Assembly (NCBI GenBank): GCA_963717525.1
Contig: OY970343.1
Span: forward strand, 1,888,001-1,952,000
From: an uncultured Methanoregulaceae archaeon
GTDB lineage: Archaea > Halobacteriota > Methanomicrobia > Methanomicrobiales > Methanospirillaceae
Direction: 5' to 3'
DNA length: 64,000 nt
Made by a program: the position numbers and the translations under genes. Under the pieces are notes generated by a model. The model saw only the letters and a list, made by a program, of their open reading frames with translations, did not search any database and had not been told where the DNA came from. Each line of letters starts with the position of its first letter. Position 1 is the stretch's first letter. Below are positions 10,508 to 23,380 of this stretch, piece after piece.

Positions 10508-11921
10508 TCAGCTCCCCTTGGACGACCCTGTCGCTTCCTGTGCGGCCGGGTGGTATTTCTGGATGTGCTCCTTTTTGATCCTTTTGAGTTCGTCCTCCGG
10601 AAGCGTGCTGAAGAGATCCCACGCGATCGAGAGTGTCTTTTCTATCGGCCGGTCTTCGTCACCCTGCGTGATGAACTGACGCTCGAACGCTTCCGCGAAC
10701 TTCAGGTATTTCCGGTCAAGATCCGTCAGCGCCTCTTCCCCCACAATGGCCACAAGCCGGCGCAGGTCACGCCCGTACGCGTAAGACGCGTACAGCTGGT
10801 CTGCCACGCCGCGGTGGTCCTCCCGGGTCTTGCCGGGGCCGATACCGAGGTTCATGAGCCGGGAGAGGCAGGGGAGGGCATCGACCGGCGGATCGCCACC
10901 GCGCCGGAAGATGTCCCGCGAAAGGACGATCTGCCCTTCGGTGATGTACCCGGTCAGGTCGGGCACCGGGTGCGTGATGTCATCGTCCGGCATGGTCAGG
11001 ATCGGGATCTGGGTGATCGAACCATGCCTTCCTTTCAACCGGCCGGCCCGCTCGTAGATCGAGGCAAGGTCGGTATACATGTACCCCGGGTACCGCGCCG
11101 GCCGGGCACTTCCTCGCGGGCAGTCGAGATCTCGCGCAACGCCTCGCAGTAGTTGATCATGTCGGTAAGGATCACAAGGACATGGAGGTTATGGGTGAAC
11201 GCCAGATACTCCGCGACCGTGAGGCCGCACCGGGGGGCCGCCAAGCGCTCGACCGTAGGGTCATCGGCAAGGTTCATGAAAAAGACCACGCGGTCGAGCG
11301 CCCCTGTCCGCTCGAAATCCTGCGTGAAAAACGAAGCCTCTTTGTGGGTGATCCCCATCGCCACGAAAACGACGGCAAACTGCTCGTTCTCACCCAGGAC
11401 CTTTGCCTGCCGGGCAATCTGGGCGGCAAGCTTGCTTGCCGGGAGGCCCGCCCCGGAAAAGATCGGCAGCTTCTGCCCGCGCACCAGCGTGTTGAGGCCG
11501 TCGATGGCCGACATGCCGGTCTGGATGAAGTCGGCCGGCTTGTCCCGTGCGGACGGGTTGATCGGCATCCCGGCGATATCGAGCACGGCCTCGGGGATGA
11601 TATCAGGACCGCCGTCGCGGGCTGTTCCCACGCCGGAAAAGACCCGGCCCAGCATGTCTTTTGACACTGCGATCCGTGCAGGCTCACCGGTGAACCGTAC
11701 CGTGGTGCCGACAAGATCGATCCCCCTCGTGCCTTCATAGACCTGGATGACCGCATGGTCTTCCGAGATATCGAGCACCTGCCCGTTCCTCACCTCGCCG
11801 TCCTGGAGCGTGATCTTCACGATCTCGCCGAAAGATGCCCCTCTTGCCCCGGTAACAAAGATCAGTGGGCCGGAGACGTACCCGATCGTGCGGTATTCCT
11901 TTGTCAGCAGTGGTGCCTCTT

Positions 11922-11925
<4 letters not shown>
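10508..11925 (-). CDS. atpB: A/V-type ATPase subunit B; frameshift at ~11095
   Basis: [65 protein letters not shown]. Confidence 0.96.
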
Positions 11926-13659
<1,734 letters not shown>

Positions 13660-13663
13660 ACCA

Positions 13664-13984
13664 TCATCTCTTCAGCACGATATTGTACCCGATCGCCTTG
13701 CGGAGCAGCCGTTCGATATAGGTGCGCCGGTCCACTTCCTTTTTCCTCGCCGGGATAGGGATGATGAGCGGACGGTGCATCTTCTCGATCCGGTCCATGA
13801 GTTTCTCATCAAGCGAGAGCATGTACTCCTCATTCACCGCAACGATCCCGATGTCATCCTTGTGGAGGAGGGGGGGGATGACGGCCTTCGCCTCTTCTGT
13901 GTCCCGTACCTCGAACACCTCGACCCCGGCAAGCCGGAAGCCTGAGGCCCGGTCGCTGTCTGTCACGATCACAAACTTATACAT
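13664..13984 (-). CDS. atpF: A/V-type ATPase subunit F
   Basis: [33 protein letters not shown]. Confidence 0.92.
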   Translation of the reverse strand: MYKFVIVTDSDRASGFRLAGVEVFEVRDTEEAKAVIPPLLHKDDIGIVAVNEEYMLSLDEKLMDRIEKMHRPLIIPIPARKKEVDRRTYIERLLRKAIGYNIVLKR

Positions 13985-15035
13985 ACACGAGTTCCTCCCG
14001 GAGGTGTTCGACAGGGAAATCCGCGGTCTTGCAACGCGAGATGACCCGGATATTGGTGATCTCGTTGTACTTTGCCCAAAAGTACCCGATCATGGAGGCA
14101 ACGCTCAGCGGGTCTCCCGAAAAGGAGCGGGTGCCCTGCATGACAAGGTAACGTTCCAGTTCTTTTTCGATGACTGATATTTTCTGGACCTTCACTGCGG
14201 CCTCAGAGGTGGCGGAGAGGAACTGGTACCGGGAGTCAGCCATCCCTGCAAGGACATCCCCGATCGTGTGCAGGGCAAGCAGGCGGGCAAGCTTTTTGAG
14301 GTCATATTCCAGCCCCCCCGCGATGAGGAAACGCTCTGCCTCGACCGGATCGATGTGGTCCCGGATCATCCGCAGGACCGTCTTGATGTTGACGACATCG
14401 ATCTCTATGGCAAGAATATGCCGGATCAGGGCGTTGTTGGGATCAGGACCCTTGACCGCACGGAGCGCCTCCTCGTAATAATACTGGTCGAGCGCACATT
14501 CGAGCCTGCTGATATCGCCTTTCTGCGCAAACTCCGGGAATGCGGTGGTCAGGGGCTTTGCCCACGGGATGCGCCACGTAGCAAGCAGGTCGATCACAGC
14601 CTTGGGATCCTGCTGCCGCACGAGCTCGGTCAGGGCCGCCTCGTCAAGTTCGCCCGCGGGCACGAGGCACTCGAGGATCTCCTCGTTTGTCACATGGATA
14701 TTTTTCCCGCGCAGGATCGTCTTGATGTTCTGGACATCCCAGCGGTGAAGGAAGATCCTGATGTACCGTTCGGCTTCCTCTTTCTCTGCAAAGGCGAGGA
14801 TTTTCCGGAATGTCCGGACAAAATTTGTGCGAAGGGCATACTCTATGCAGGGCATGCCGGCATATCTGCCCCGGGCATCAATAATGTCGTCGCGATACGG
14901 TGTCTTCTCAAGCTCACCTATCAGGGATTCAAGGTCGGGCTGGAGGATCAGGTTATCGAGCATGCGGTGATCCAGCAGGCGGCTCTTCATTCCCCGAATC
15001 CGGGCATTGATGTATCCCCAGTCCATGTCAGTCAC
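13977..15035 (-). CDS. atpC: A/V-type ATPase subunit C
   Basis: YINARIRGMKSRLL, RWDVQNIKTILR, EIDVVNIKTVLR, KYNEITNIRVI. Confidence 0.92.
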   Translation of the reverse strand: MTDMDWGYINARIRGMKSRLLDHRMLDNLILQPDLESLIGELEKTPYRDDIIDARGRYAGMPCIEYALRTNFVRTFRKILAFAEKEEAERYIRIFLHRWDVQNIKTILRGKNIHVTNEEILECLVPAGELDEAALTELVRQQDPKAVIDLLATWRIPWAKPLTTAFPEFAQKGDISRLECALDQYYYEEALRAVKGPDPNNALIRHILAIEIDVVNIKTVLRMIRDHIDPVEAERFLIAGGLEYDLKKLARLLALHTIGDVLAGMADSRYQFLSATSEAAVKVQKISVIEKELERYLVMQGTRSFSGDPLSVASMIGYFWAKYNEITNIRVISRCKTADFPVEHLREELVYV

Positions 15036-15613
15036 CCAACAAGCGTGGCGTGGATCTCACGTCTCTTGTGCTCCCTTACCCGCTCAAGCCGGGACTCAAT
15101 CGTGTTGGAGATGGTAATATGCCCGTCCGGGGAACTTGCGGACAGGCCGCCCATGCAAGGAAGATCGGTGCGGATCTCGCAGGACACCTTCATCGCCTCC
15201 AGCATCTTTGTGCAGAGGTCAAAGTCCCGGGGATCGACATGGATGACAAACGGACCCTCGCCAGTCGCGCTGATTGTCTCCTCAAGAAGGCGCCTGAAGA
15301 TACCCGGGTACTTCCCGTCCTGCCGCACGACAGCGAGGCGCTGCCCGGCCATCTCAAAGGCGGTCTCAAACATCTTCTCCCGGGTCATGAGCGCCTGCTC
15401 CTTGATTTTGCCTTTAGCGAGGAAAAGCTGCTTGTTCCTTTCGATATCAGCAGCATTTTCGGCTTCTCTTACGGTGCGCTCCACAACCTCTTCAGCCAGT
15501 TTCTTTGCTTCCCGCCGGATGGCATCTGCCTGTTTTTGCGCATTCTCCCTGAGCTCCCGCTCTTTTTCCTCTGCGCTCTCTTCTACGGATTTTAAAAGAT
15601 TTTCATAGGCCAT
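15032..15613 (-). CDS. atpE: A/V-type ATPase subunit E
   Basis: N-terminal charged coiled coil and C-terminal GG...DG.ITISNTIESRLE. Confidence 0.9.
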   Translation of the reverse strand: MAYENLLKSVEESAEEKERELRENAQKQADAIRREAKKLAEEVVERTVREAENAADIERNKQLFLAKGKIKEQALMTREKMFETAFEMAGQRLAVVRQDGKYPGIFRRLLEETISATGEGPFVIHVDPRDFDLCTKMLEAMKVSCEIRTDLPCMGGLSASSPDGHITISNTIESRLERVREHKRREIHATLVG

Positions 15614-15770
15614 GGCAACATCGACCTTCTGTTATGCAGCCGGTAAACAGCTGCCTGATGCTCCCCGTACCCGGGTATCACGGTCCCATGAGGGGAAAGA
15701 AGAATGGTGCACGGGAAACACGGTGTTTTTGTGGTTGTCCCCCTGCACATGCTCTGTGACGTCCGGGTTT

Positions 15771-15989
15771 TCAGGTAACCATCAGGATGATCATCGCGGC
15801 CACGACAAAACCGAGGATGACCAGCGTCTCGGGTATGGCCTCGAGGATGATGATCGATCCCACCGTTTCTGGCCGTTCAGCGATCGCTCCCGCCCCTGCT
15901 GCGCCAATCCGGGACTGCGCCCACCCGGTGCCTATGGCGCCACCGGCAAATGCGATGGCAGCTCCAATCGGGACTTCCCAACCAACCAT
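15771..15989 (-). CDS. atpK: A/V-type ATPase proteolipid subunit K/c (72 aa, single hairpin)
   Basis: GTGWAQSRIGAAGAGAIAE...LEAIPETLVILG. GGAGG SD upstream. Confidence 0.93.
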   Translation of the reverse strand: MVGWEVPIGAAIAFAGGAIGTGWAQSRIGAAGAGAIAERPETVGSIIILEAIPETLVILGFVVAAMIILMVT

Positions 15990-16027
15990 ATCTATACCTC
16001 CCTCTGATAGAACCTAACCGAGTGCTG

Positions 16028-16037
16028 ATATATTAAG
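16028..16037 (-). promoter_or_regulatory. Putative TATA box of the K-E-C-F-A-B-D transcript
   Basis: TTAATATA on the minus strand about 40 nt upstream of the atpK ATG. Confidence 0.4.
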
Positions 16038-16083
16038 GTATTGCGCATTCATCCGATGGAAGGCCTATTCCACCCGGATTCCG

Positions 16084-16428
16084 TTATTGCGTGGGAGGGG
16101 TGCTCCGTGTATGGGAAAGGATCTCATCCATCTTTTCCAGGGTCGCACAGGGCAGCGCATGCCCCTTCCTCCCTGCCCAGAGAGCAAGGAGATCCCGGAT
16201 ATTCTGGTGCGTGAGTGTCGAGAAGGTGTACCGCTCCCACTTCTCCCGTTCGAGGCACCCCCAGAGTTCGCCGAGAATCTCCCGGAGCAGCATGCAGTCC
16301 TCCCCGCAGAGGGCCGGCCAGTTGACTGCTGAAGCGCGCCGTATCTTCTCTATTGCCTCTTCAACCGCCTGTTCCTTTCCCAGCTGGAACCGCCGCCGGC
16401 CCAGCTCATCTTCACTGGTACGGGTCAT
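16084..16428 (-). CDS. Hypothetical protein (paralogue of 16601..16930)
   Basis: 114 aa helical protein sharing E.GRR....E..VE.AI...W....ED..LL....W..++++WE+..F with its divergent neighbour. Confidence 0.75.
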   Translation of the reverse strand: MTRTSEDELGRRRFQLGKEQAVEEAIEKIRRASAVNWPALCGEDCMLLREILGELWGCLEREKWERYTFSTLTHQNIRDLLALWAGRKGHALPCATLEKMDEILSHTRSTPPTQ

Positions 16429-16600
16429 AAGTGTGGTGTATCGGAATTATTCTGTTCCTCTTTATAGTATTTTCTATTGCCCGGAGGAAGCCCGAAAGGG
16501 AGAAACGTTTTTCCTTTTGTGCCATACAATCACCGCAAAGTATATGGCTGCACAACTGGATTCACTCTTCATTCCCCTCAATGGGGTGGGAGGAACACCT

Positions 16601-16930
16601 ATGCCGGAAGCAACCCAGGCCGAGGTGGGAAGGCGGTTGTACCACGTCCACCGAGAAAAGAAAGTCGAACATGCGATCAAGCTGATGCAGCAGGGGGCGG
16701 GCCCCGAATGGAAGTCATTCTCCGAGGAGGACATCCTTCTTTTGTCACACCTGATGCAGTGCACCTGGAATGTCATCGACCAGGATCGCTGGGAGAAGAT
16801 CCCCTTTGGCAGCGTAACGGCTGGTGAGATCCGGCAGATCCTTTCGTATGGAGAGGGGGTCAGGCCGGGACGAAATCCGAAATCCGAATCCGTTGAGACG
16901 ATCAAAAAGATCCTGCTGGGACTCTCCTGA
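16601..16930 (+). CDS. Hypothetical protein (paralogue of 16084..16428)
   Basis: GGAGG SD before ATG at 16601, 109 aa, T-rich terminator-like run after the stop, similarity to neighbour. Confidence 0.75.
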   Translation: MPEATQAEVGRRLYHVHREKKVEHAIKLMQQGAGPEWKSFSEEDILLLSHLMQCTWNVIDQDRWEKIPFGSVTAGEIRQILSYGEGVRPGRNPKSESVETIKKILLGLS

Positions 16931-17037
16931 ATCTTTTTCTTTTTCCGCCGTTTACACTCTTTCCCTCAGAGGGGAGCAGGTGCGGAAGATCGTGGGAGGG
17001 GTTGCTGTTTTAAGGCCCGGGAAGCACTACGGCAGTG

Positions 17038-18214
17038 TTACTCCGTTGCCACCCGTATGCAGTCCTCAATCGTCCCGATACGGGCCTGCCCGCCGCACAT
17101 ATTGGGCACATAGGCAAGGGCCTTGCCGGAGTTCACCATGATCGAATGGTACCTGCTCCATCGCCGGTGAGACGACCATGCAGGTGTCCGCAAAGACCCG
17201 GGCCCCGCTCTTTTCGATGGAATCGACTACTTTCACGTTCCGGTCGATCACACCCTTTGCAGCAAAGACGTAAAGGGGTTTTGTCACGACTTTCCCGGCA
17301 AGGAGCCGGGCGATCTCGGCAAGTTCCGCGGGAGAGCAGTGCGGGCAGCCAACCGCAACGGCATCGACAGGGAGCTCCAAAAAGAGGCGGGATATCTCTG
17401 ATTGTTCGACCGAAATGACATCGAGTCCGGAAAGGTCGTAACGATTTTTCTGTACCTCCGGGGTCGTTTCCTCGACATGGTAGAGCGCAACTGCGCCGGT
17501 CGCCGCCATCGCAGCACCGATCGCCTTGAGCTGGTCGGGTTCCGGCCGGATCCCGCGGAAGAAGGGAACCCTGTTACCCACGAGTTTTCCCGCATGGAAC
17601 CCCAGCGCCCCGAACTCGGCGATGCCCCAGCCGGAGGTGTTGGCCCGGACATCGATTACCATCTGAGGCACGCGGTTTTTGGCAAGGTGCAGGCCATAGC
17701 AGGGAGTCTTTCCCACAAGCGCCGCGGCAAGGGCGCTTGGACCGCCCTCCCGGTTGGTCCGGGCCCCAAGAACAGAGTTCGCGTAGCTGACCGCTGACGA
17801 TTCCGACCATGCGAGGTGATCGCCATACCGGGTCTCGTGCAGGTAATAGGGGGTGCAGGTACAGTCAAGAAGGACCCCCAGACGCTCATACGCGGCGACC
17901 ACGGCCTGCTGATTTTTGGCAAAATCCGGATCGATCCCCATCTCCTCCCACCGGGTCCGGGGCATGCCGATCGGGTTGAGCACGGCCGGAACCACTGCCT
18001 TTGCATCGAGGCTTGCGAGCCATTCAAGACCGTATTTCCCGATCGTCTTGTAGGACGCGCCGCTGACCTGCGCACTCCTGATCGGGACGAGTTTCTCTGC
18101 GCCAAACACTTTCCCGAGGGCAACGAGCAGCTCGAGCATCTTCTGCCGGGTCTCTCCCTGCTCGCCGGCAAGGATCCGCTCGTCTTCCGGGTCGAGCTGC
18201 ATGCCGGTCACCAT
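17038..18214 (-). CDS. Aconitase X catalytic subunit (phosphomevalonate dehydratase large subunit); frameshift at ~17150
   Basis: SGASYKTIG, CTCTPYY, AWSESSAVSYANS, TNREGGPSAL, GCPHCS, DTCMVVSP. Corrected C-term MVNSGKALAYVP...ATE*. Confidence 0.9.
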
Positions 18215-19457
18215 GTGGCACGCCGGAACTCGTCTTCGTGGCCCAGCACCATGGTCGCATCGACCCCGATTTTGACATTGGTACCATCCTCTTTCTGGCA
18301 GGGGTCAAGCGATGATCCCCTGACACCGGTTACCACCATGACGTCCCGGTCACCACTCACCCGGGTCGCAATCGCATACTCGACTTCAACAGGATCCGTC
18401 GGATCGATATCTTCGTCCACGACAACCACATGTTTGAGCGAAGTATGTGCAGCAAAGGCTGCCATGATCGCGTTCTTCCCGTCACCCTGCGTGCTCTTTT
18501 TGATCTGGATAACCGCGTGGAGGTAACCGCACCCGCCCTTGGTGAGCACAACGTTTTTCACCTCGGTCACACCGGCAACGGCCCGGTAGATCTTGGGCTC
18601 ATAGGGGCACCCCATCAGGATCTTGTGCTCGTCGCCCCCGGGGAGGATGCTGTGGTAGATGAAACCGGATTTCGTGTACATGCCGGTGAACTCGATCACC
18701 GGCTGGCGCCGGACCGGGTCGTAGGTGCCCGTTATATCAACAAACGGCCCTTCATCCGTGACATCCGCACCGATATACCCTTCAAGGACGATCTCCGCGT
18801 CGGCAGGGACAAGGACACCGTTACTGCACTCCCTGACCCGTATCGTACCACCGAGCAGTTCTGCTGCATAGGACAGTTCCTTCCCGGCCGGGACCGGGTG
18901 CAGCTTGCAAACGTCACTGCCGGGTGCATGCCGATGGCCACCGCGATTGGCAGGCGCTCATTGCAGGCCAGCGCTTTTTTGAGCATCACATGGGTATGCC
19001 GCCCTTCCACGAGCCGGGCAGCGACCCGGTGGTCGTCAAGGACGAGCATGCGGTGGATGGACGCGTTCTCCAGGCCGTCCCACTTCGAGAAGACAATACC
19101 GGCCGTGAAGTATCTGCCGGCATCTTTGGGGAAAAAGTGCATGACCGGGATACGGGTAAGATCCGGCTTCATCATTACAAATTTCCCTTCGCTGACGATC
19201 TTCCCGTCAAATGCGGCGTCTGCGAGTTTGTGCACCATTTCTTTCTCGTTCACGCCAAGCGCAAGCGCAAGCGCACGCCGGTCAGCGGTCACGTTCATGA
19301 CCGCCCGTGCCCCGCCCATGTTGTGGAAGAACAGGATCTTGTCCGTTGCTGCCGCCTGCTGTGCAGCCTTCATATCATCAGGAGAGCATGGTTCCGTTAT
19401 ATCGACAACGAGCCCCTCTTTGCGCATCTTTTCAATAAACTCACGCATCGTAACCAC
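18208..19457 (-). CDS. ubiD: UbiD-family decarboxylase (probable anhydromevalonate phosphate decarboxylase); frameshifts ~18840-18900
   Basis: NASIHRMLV, EGPFVDITGTYD (alternative frame), PGGDEHKILMG, KHVVVVDEDID, GSSLDP. Sits between ubiX and acnX. Confidence 0.9.
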
Positions 19458-19995
19458 TCCAGCGTTCCGAGAGTGTATGGGTCACCCCGAGGTGATCGAG
19501 TACCCGGGCAACCACCATATCCACAAGATCGTCGATCTTCTCCGGGTGGTGGTAGAACCCGGGACTCGCCGGCATGATGGTTGCGCCGGCTTCGTGCGCC
19601 GCAAGCATGTTCTTTAAGTGGACCTGCGAGAGTGGCATCTCGCGGGTGACAAGGATGCATTTCCGGCGTTCCTTCAGGCAGACATCGGCGGTCCTTGTGA
19701 TCAGGTTGTCCGCGTAACCGGAAGCGATCGCAGAGAGAGTCTTTGCACTGCAGGGGACGATGACCATCCCGTCGTGCCGGTGGGATCCACTCGCAATTTC
19801 GGCGCCTATTGTCCCGACATCGTGATAGGTCGCGTGAAAACCGGAAAGGTCGACCCTTTCATGGCGTGCGATCTCCTGCGCGACCTCAGAGATGATCAGA
19901 TGCACGTGGGCATCCTGGCACAGAACCTCGAGCAGGCGCCGGGCATAGCAGATCCCGCTTGCACCGGTCACTCCGACCACATATTCCTTTTTCAT
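19441..19995 (-). CDS. ubiX: Flavin prenyltransferase UbiX
   Basis: VVGVTGASG, IASGS, PCSAKTL, RTADVCLKERR, REMP, PASPGFYHHP. Confidence 0.95.
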   Translation of the reverse strand: MKKEYVVGVTGASGICYARRLLEVLCQDAHVHLIISEVAQEIARHERVDLSGFHATYHDVGTIGAEIASGSHRHDGMVIVPCSAKTLSAIASGYADNLITRTADVCLKERRKCILVTREMPLSQVHLKNMLAAHEAGATIMPASPGFYHHPEKIDDLVDMVVARVLDHLGVTHTLSERWSGYDA

Positions 19996-20093
19996 TGTCA
20001 CGCCTCCACGCTCTCCAGTGGTACCAATGTCGGAGCCCCTAGGTAAAAAGAGTTTATGCGAAAACTGGCCCACAAACCGGGGCAAAAGAGGAT

Positions 20094-20546
20094 CTATTTC
20101 CGGACCGGGCCAAAGAAACGGTACCGCACCTTGGACTCCTCGACACGGCGGGCGTGGGACGGGTTGAGATCCCGACGGGCTTCGATGACGAGAGTGTTGA
20201 GGATATTATGGAGCCTGAGAGTGTCAAAGTCCTTTTCCTTGTGCTCGTTGAGGAAATCGAGAAGGTCGCTCACGCTCTTGAGGACACCGGAGCTGGCGAT
20301 GAGGTTGAGCCTGTTGAGGGTCAGTGCCAGATTCTTTTTTGCGATATCCATCTTGTAGCTGTCACTCCCGGCGAGGTTGATCTCGGTCACGGCATTGAGC
20401 AGGTCCGTGTACACACGGAGTTTGTAGCTGCTCTCATGCATCTTGCGCTCAGCGGAGCGGAGCCTGATGAAAGTGAGCGCAAGTACGGCAATAACGATGA
20501 TGACACCGCAGGTAATGACAAATACGTCGCTTGTGATATCAGCCAA
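20094..20546 (-). CDS. Hypothetical protein with N-terminal TM helix
   Basis: 150 aa, GAGGTGA SD, hydrophobic residues ~8-28 followed by a helical domain. Confidence 0.75.
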   Translation of the reverse strand: MADITSDVFVITCGVIIVIAVLALTFIRLRSAERKMHESSYKLRVYTDLLNAVTEINLAGSDSYKMDIAKKNLALTLNRLNLIASSGVLKSVSDLLDFLNEHKEKDFDTLRLHNILNTLVIEARRDLNPSHARRVEESKVRYRFFGPVRK

Positions 20547-20557
20547 TTCATTTCACC

Positions 20558-21037
20558 TCAGGGAAGTCGCTTTGCCATAGTCAGATCCACCTTGACAAGT
20601 GTCCCCGTCATGGCAAACTGGTAGAGTCCCGGCGTATACATGGGATATTGCTGGTATGTATCATTAATATATGTCCAGGTAAATGTCTGGTTTTTCTGGG
20701 TATCGAGGTTGGTCACGGTCATTGCAAACCAGCAGTTCTGTGGGTTGTCACTGAGGGGCAGAACGGTATACACGATCGCCCATGAGGGGTCATCTATCCG
20801 GATCTGCTCGTTAAACGTGATGTTCTGGCCGGAGAAGGAATAGGATTTATAGAGATATTGAGCGCCAAGGGACAGGTTTGGCTGGGTCATCGTCACCGCG
20901 GTTGTGGTAACGGCCGCCGCTGCGGTCGGGATCGGGGTAACCGGCAGGCCCGGCCCTGCAGGGCTGTTGCCAGTGCACCCTGCACACAAGACGCCGAAGA
21001 GAACGAGAAGCATGCAGGGCATCGGGAAGAGTTTCAT
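20558..21037 (-). CDS. Putative lipoprotein
   Basis: Signal peptide with LCAGC lipobox-like motif, Thr/Pro linker, beta-rich domain. Confidence 0.75.
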   Translation of the reverse strand: MKLFPMPCMLLVLFGVLCAGCTGNSPAGPGLPVTPIPTAAAAVTTTAVTMTQPNLSLGAQYLYKSYSFSGQNITFNEQIRIDDPSWAIVYTVLPLSDNPQNCWFAMTVTNLDTQKNQTFTWTYINDTYQQYPMYTPGLYQFAMTGTLVKVDLTMAKRLP

Positions 21038-21109
21038 CTGCGGATAATGTTGAGAACATAGACTATTAGAGTTTATTATTCGCATGAAGGACCACCGGGG
21101 AATCGGCGA

Positions 21110-22317
21110 TCAAAAGAGGGTATCCTGGCGGGTGGGCTTTTTTATGTGCAGGATCTCTGCTGCGGCATCGGCCACGGCATCGCGGTACCCGGGGAGCGTA
21201 TATATGCCCAGCCGCCACTGCTCGCGCCGGGTCTGGTTGAGGGTCTGCAGGCTGGGAGAGAGTTCGGCAAACCCCACAACGGCGTGCCGGTTTTTCACCT
21301 GGACCTCGAGTGACATCTCCCCGGGGATCGGAGGGATGTCCACCAGTACGTCGCTCGGCTGGCACCCGGCTCTGCCGGCAATCTCTCCTGCGACCTCCCG
21401 CGCACGTTCCACCGGCCAGCCGGCCTGGAATGCTGCTGCATTGACCTGATCCTGCCCGGCATAGACGGCCCTTTTGTAGAGCCGTCTTTTGTAGAGCCAG
21501 CCGGCCATTTTCCGTGCAAGAGGGCTTTTGGAATTTTTGAGTTCGTGCATGCATTCCCCGTCATCGAGTGCACAGATATGCTCAAGGCCGCCGGCCGGGC
21601 CGGTCGCCATATGAGCAAGCACCGCCAGCTGGAACATGCACTCACCAATCCGGCTCGACGTGGTGGTAGTAGACACTCGGGCGCATCAGCGTCCGTGCGA
21701 TGAGGAGCGATTCTGCAGCACTAACGCCGTTTTCGTCAAGTACCGATTCCTTCCGGGGTCAGGTGGATATTCCTGATGAGTCGGTGGGCGTCCACCGTGC
21801 CGTACGGGGCGCCAGTGTAGTACGCGTCCCGGAGCAGGTAGTCCATCCGGTCCACATCGAGATCGCCGTGGATAATCCCCGAGAGCCGGTGGCTTCCCTT
21901 GACGATTGCGCAGACCTCAGACGGGTTTATTCCCAGCGGTTCTAAAAGCGCCCCGAACTGCTCCTCGGCGATCCCCGCGATATCATCGTGGGTGCGGCCG
22001 AGGCGGGCTTCCATGAGGGGCTCGCTCGCGTGGGAGAACGGCCCGTGCCCCACATCATGGAGAAGCGCGGCGATCATCACCAGCAGGCGGTCTTCATCCG
22101 CAAGACCGAACTGCCGGGAGGCGACCCCGGCCAGGTGCATCGTACCCACAGAATGTTCAAAACGCGTATGGTTGGCCCCGGGATACACAAGGTACGAGAA
22201 CCCGAGCTGGCGGATATAGCGGAGACGCTGGATGGCCGGTGCATCCAGAATCGGCAGGATTTCCTCATCCACTTCCACATAGCCATGGACCGGATCCTTG
22301 ATGATCTTGGGACTCAC
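21110..22317 (-). CDS. HD-domain phosphohydrolase (SAMHD1/dNTPase-like); frameshifts ~21600-21760
   Basis: IKDPVHG, QRLRYIRQLG, HTRFEHS, LHDVGHGPFSH, DVDRMDYLLRD, RRLYKRA. Confidence 0.9.
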
Positions 22318-22358
22318 TCTAAAGAATCTTCTTATACATCGCATAAAAGTATTGAGTA

Positions 22359-23261
22359 ATGATTACGTTCCTTTCGGGCGGGACCGGCACTCCCAAGCTG
22401 CTGCGCGGGATGCAGAAGGTGATGGACCGGCATGAGATCTCTGTTGTGGTCAACACGGCCGAGGACATCTGGATATCCGGCAACCACATATCGCCGGATG
22501 TCGACACGGTCATGTACCTTTTTGCCGGTGTACTCAACACCGACACTTGGTGGGGGATACGAAACGATACGTTCACCACCCACGATGAGATCCTCCACAT
22601 GGGCCTCGGAGAGTACATCGCGATCGGCGACCGGGACCGGGCGGTACATATCGCGCGGGGGAACATGCTCCGGGAAGGGACCCGATTAACGAACGCCACC
22701 CGGACCCTCTGCGACCGTTTCGGTGTCCGGGAGAATGTGCTCCCGATGTCTGACACCGAAGTCACGACACGGGTAAAAACAGAGCTGGGCCTGATCCATT
22801 ACCAGGAGTACTGGATCAGGTCCAAAGGCCAGATCCCGATCGAAGATGTCGTGCGCTGCTCAAAGACACCCCCTGAGAGCACCGAGGAGGTAATCCAGGC
22901 GGTCGAGGCAAGCGATGTGGTGGTCATCGGCCCTTCAAACCCGATCACGAGCATCACCCCGATTCTTGAGTGCAGGGGAATCAAAGAGGCCATGGCGGAC
23001 AAGTTCGTCATTGCCGTGAGCCCGTTTATCGGGGATGCCCCGGTGAGCGGGCCGGCAGCCGCCCTTATGAAAGCCTCGGGCTTTGAACCAACCTCGGCAG
23101 GCACTGCAGCGTGTTACAAGGACATCGTCGATCTTTTTGTCCATGATATCCGTGATCCGATCGAGGTAAAAGACGCTATCCGCCTCGATACGCTGATGAC
23201 CGGGGAAGAAAAAAGTATCGAACTTGCAGAACATATCCTGTCCCTGGCAACTAAAAGATAA
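22359..23261 (+). CDS. cofD: 2-phospho-L-lactate transferase (F420 biosynthesis)
   Basis: [48 protein letters not shown]. Confidence 0.96.
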   Translation: MITFLSGGTGTPKLLRGMQKVMDRHEISVVVNTAEDIWISGNHISPDVDTVMYLFAGVLNTDTWWGIRNDTFTTHDEILHMGLGEYIAIGDRDRAVHIARGNMLREGTRLTNATRTLCDRFGVRENVLPMSDTEVTTRVKTELGLIHYQEYWIRSKGQIPIEDVVRCSKTPPESTEEVIQAVEASDVVVIGPSNPITSITPILECRGIKEAMADKFVIAVSPFIGDAPVSGPAAALMKASGFEPTSAGTAACYKDIVDLFVHDIRDPIEVKDAIRLDTLMTGEEKSIELAEHILSLATKR

Positions 23262-23380
23262 GCCATCTTTTGCTCTCTTTCGGAAATGACCCTGTGCATT
23301 CCCGTCATCCCGACCTGCCTCCATTGCACAAGTATTTTAATTGATCATCATGATAACCTCTCCAGTATAAGGAAAACGGA

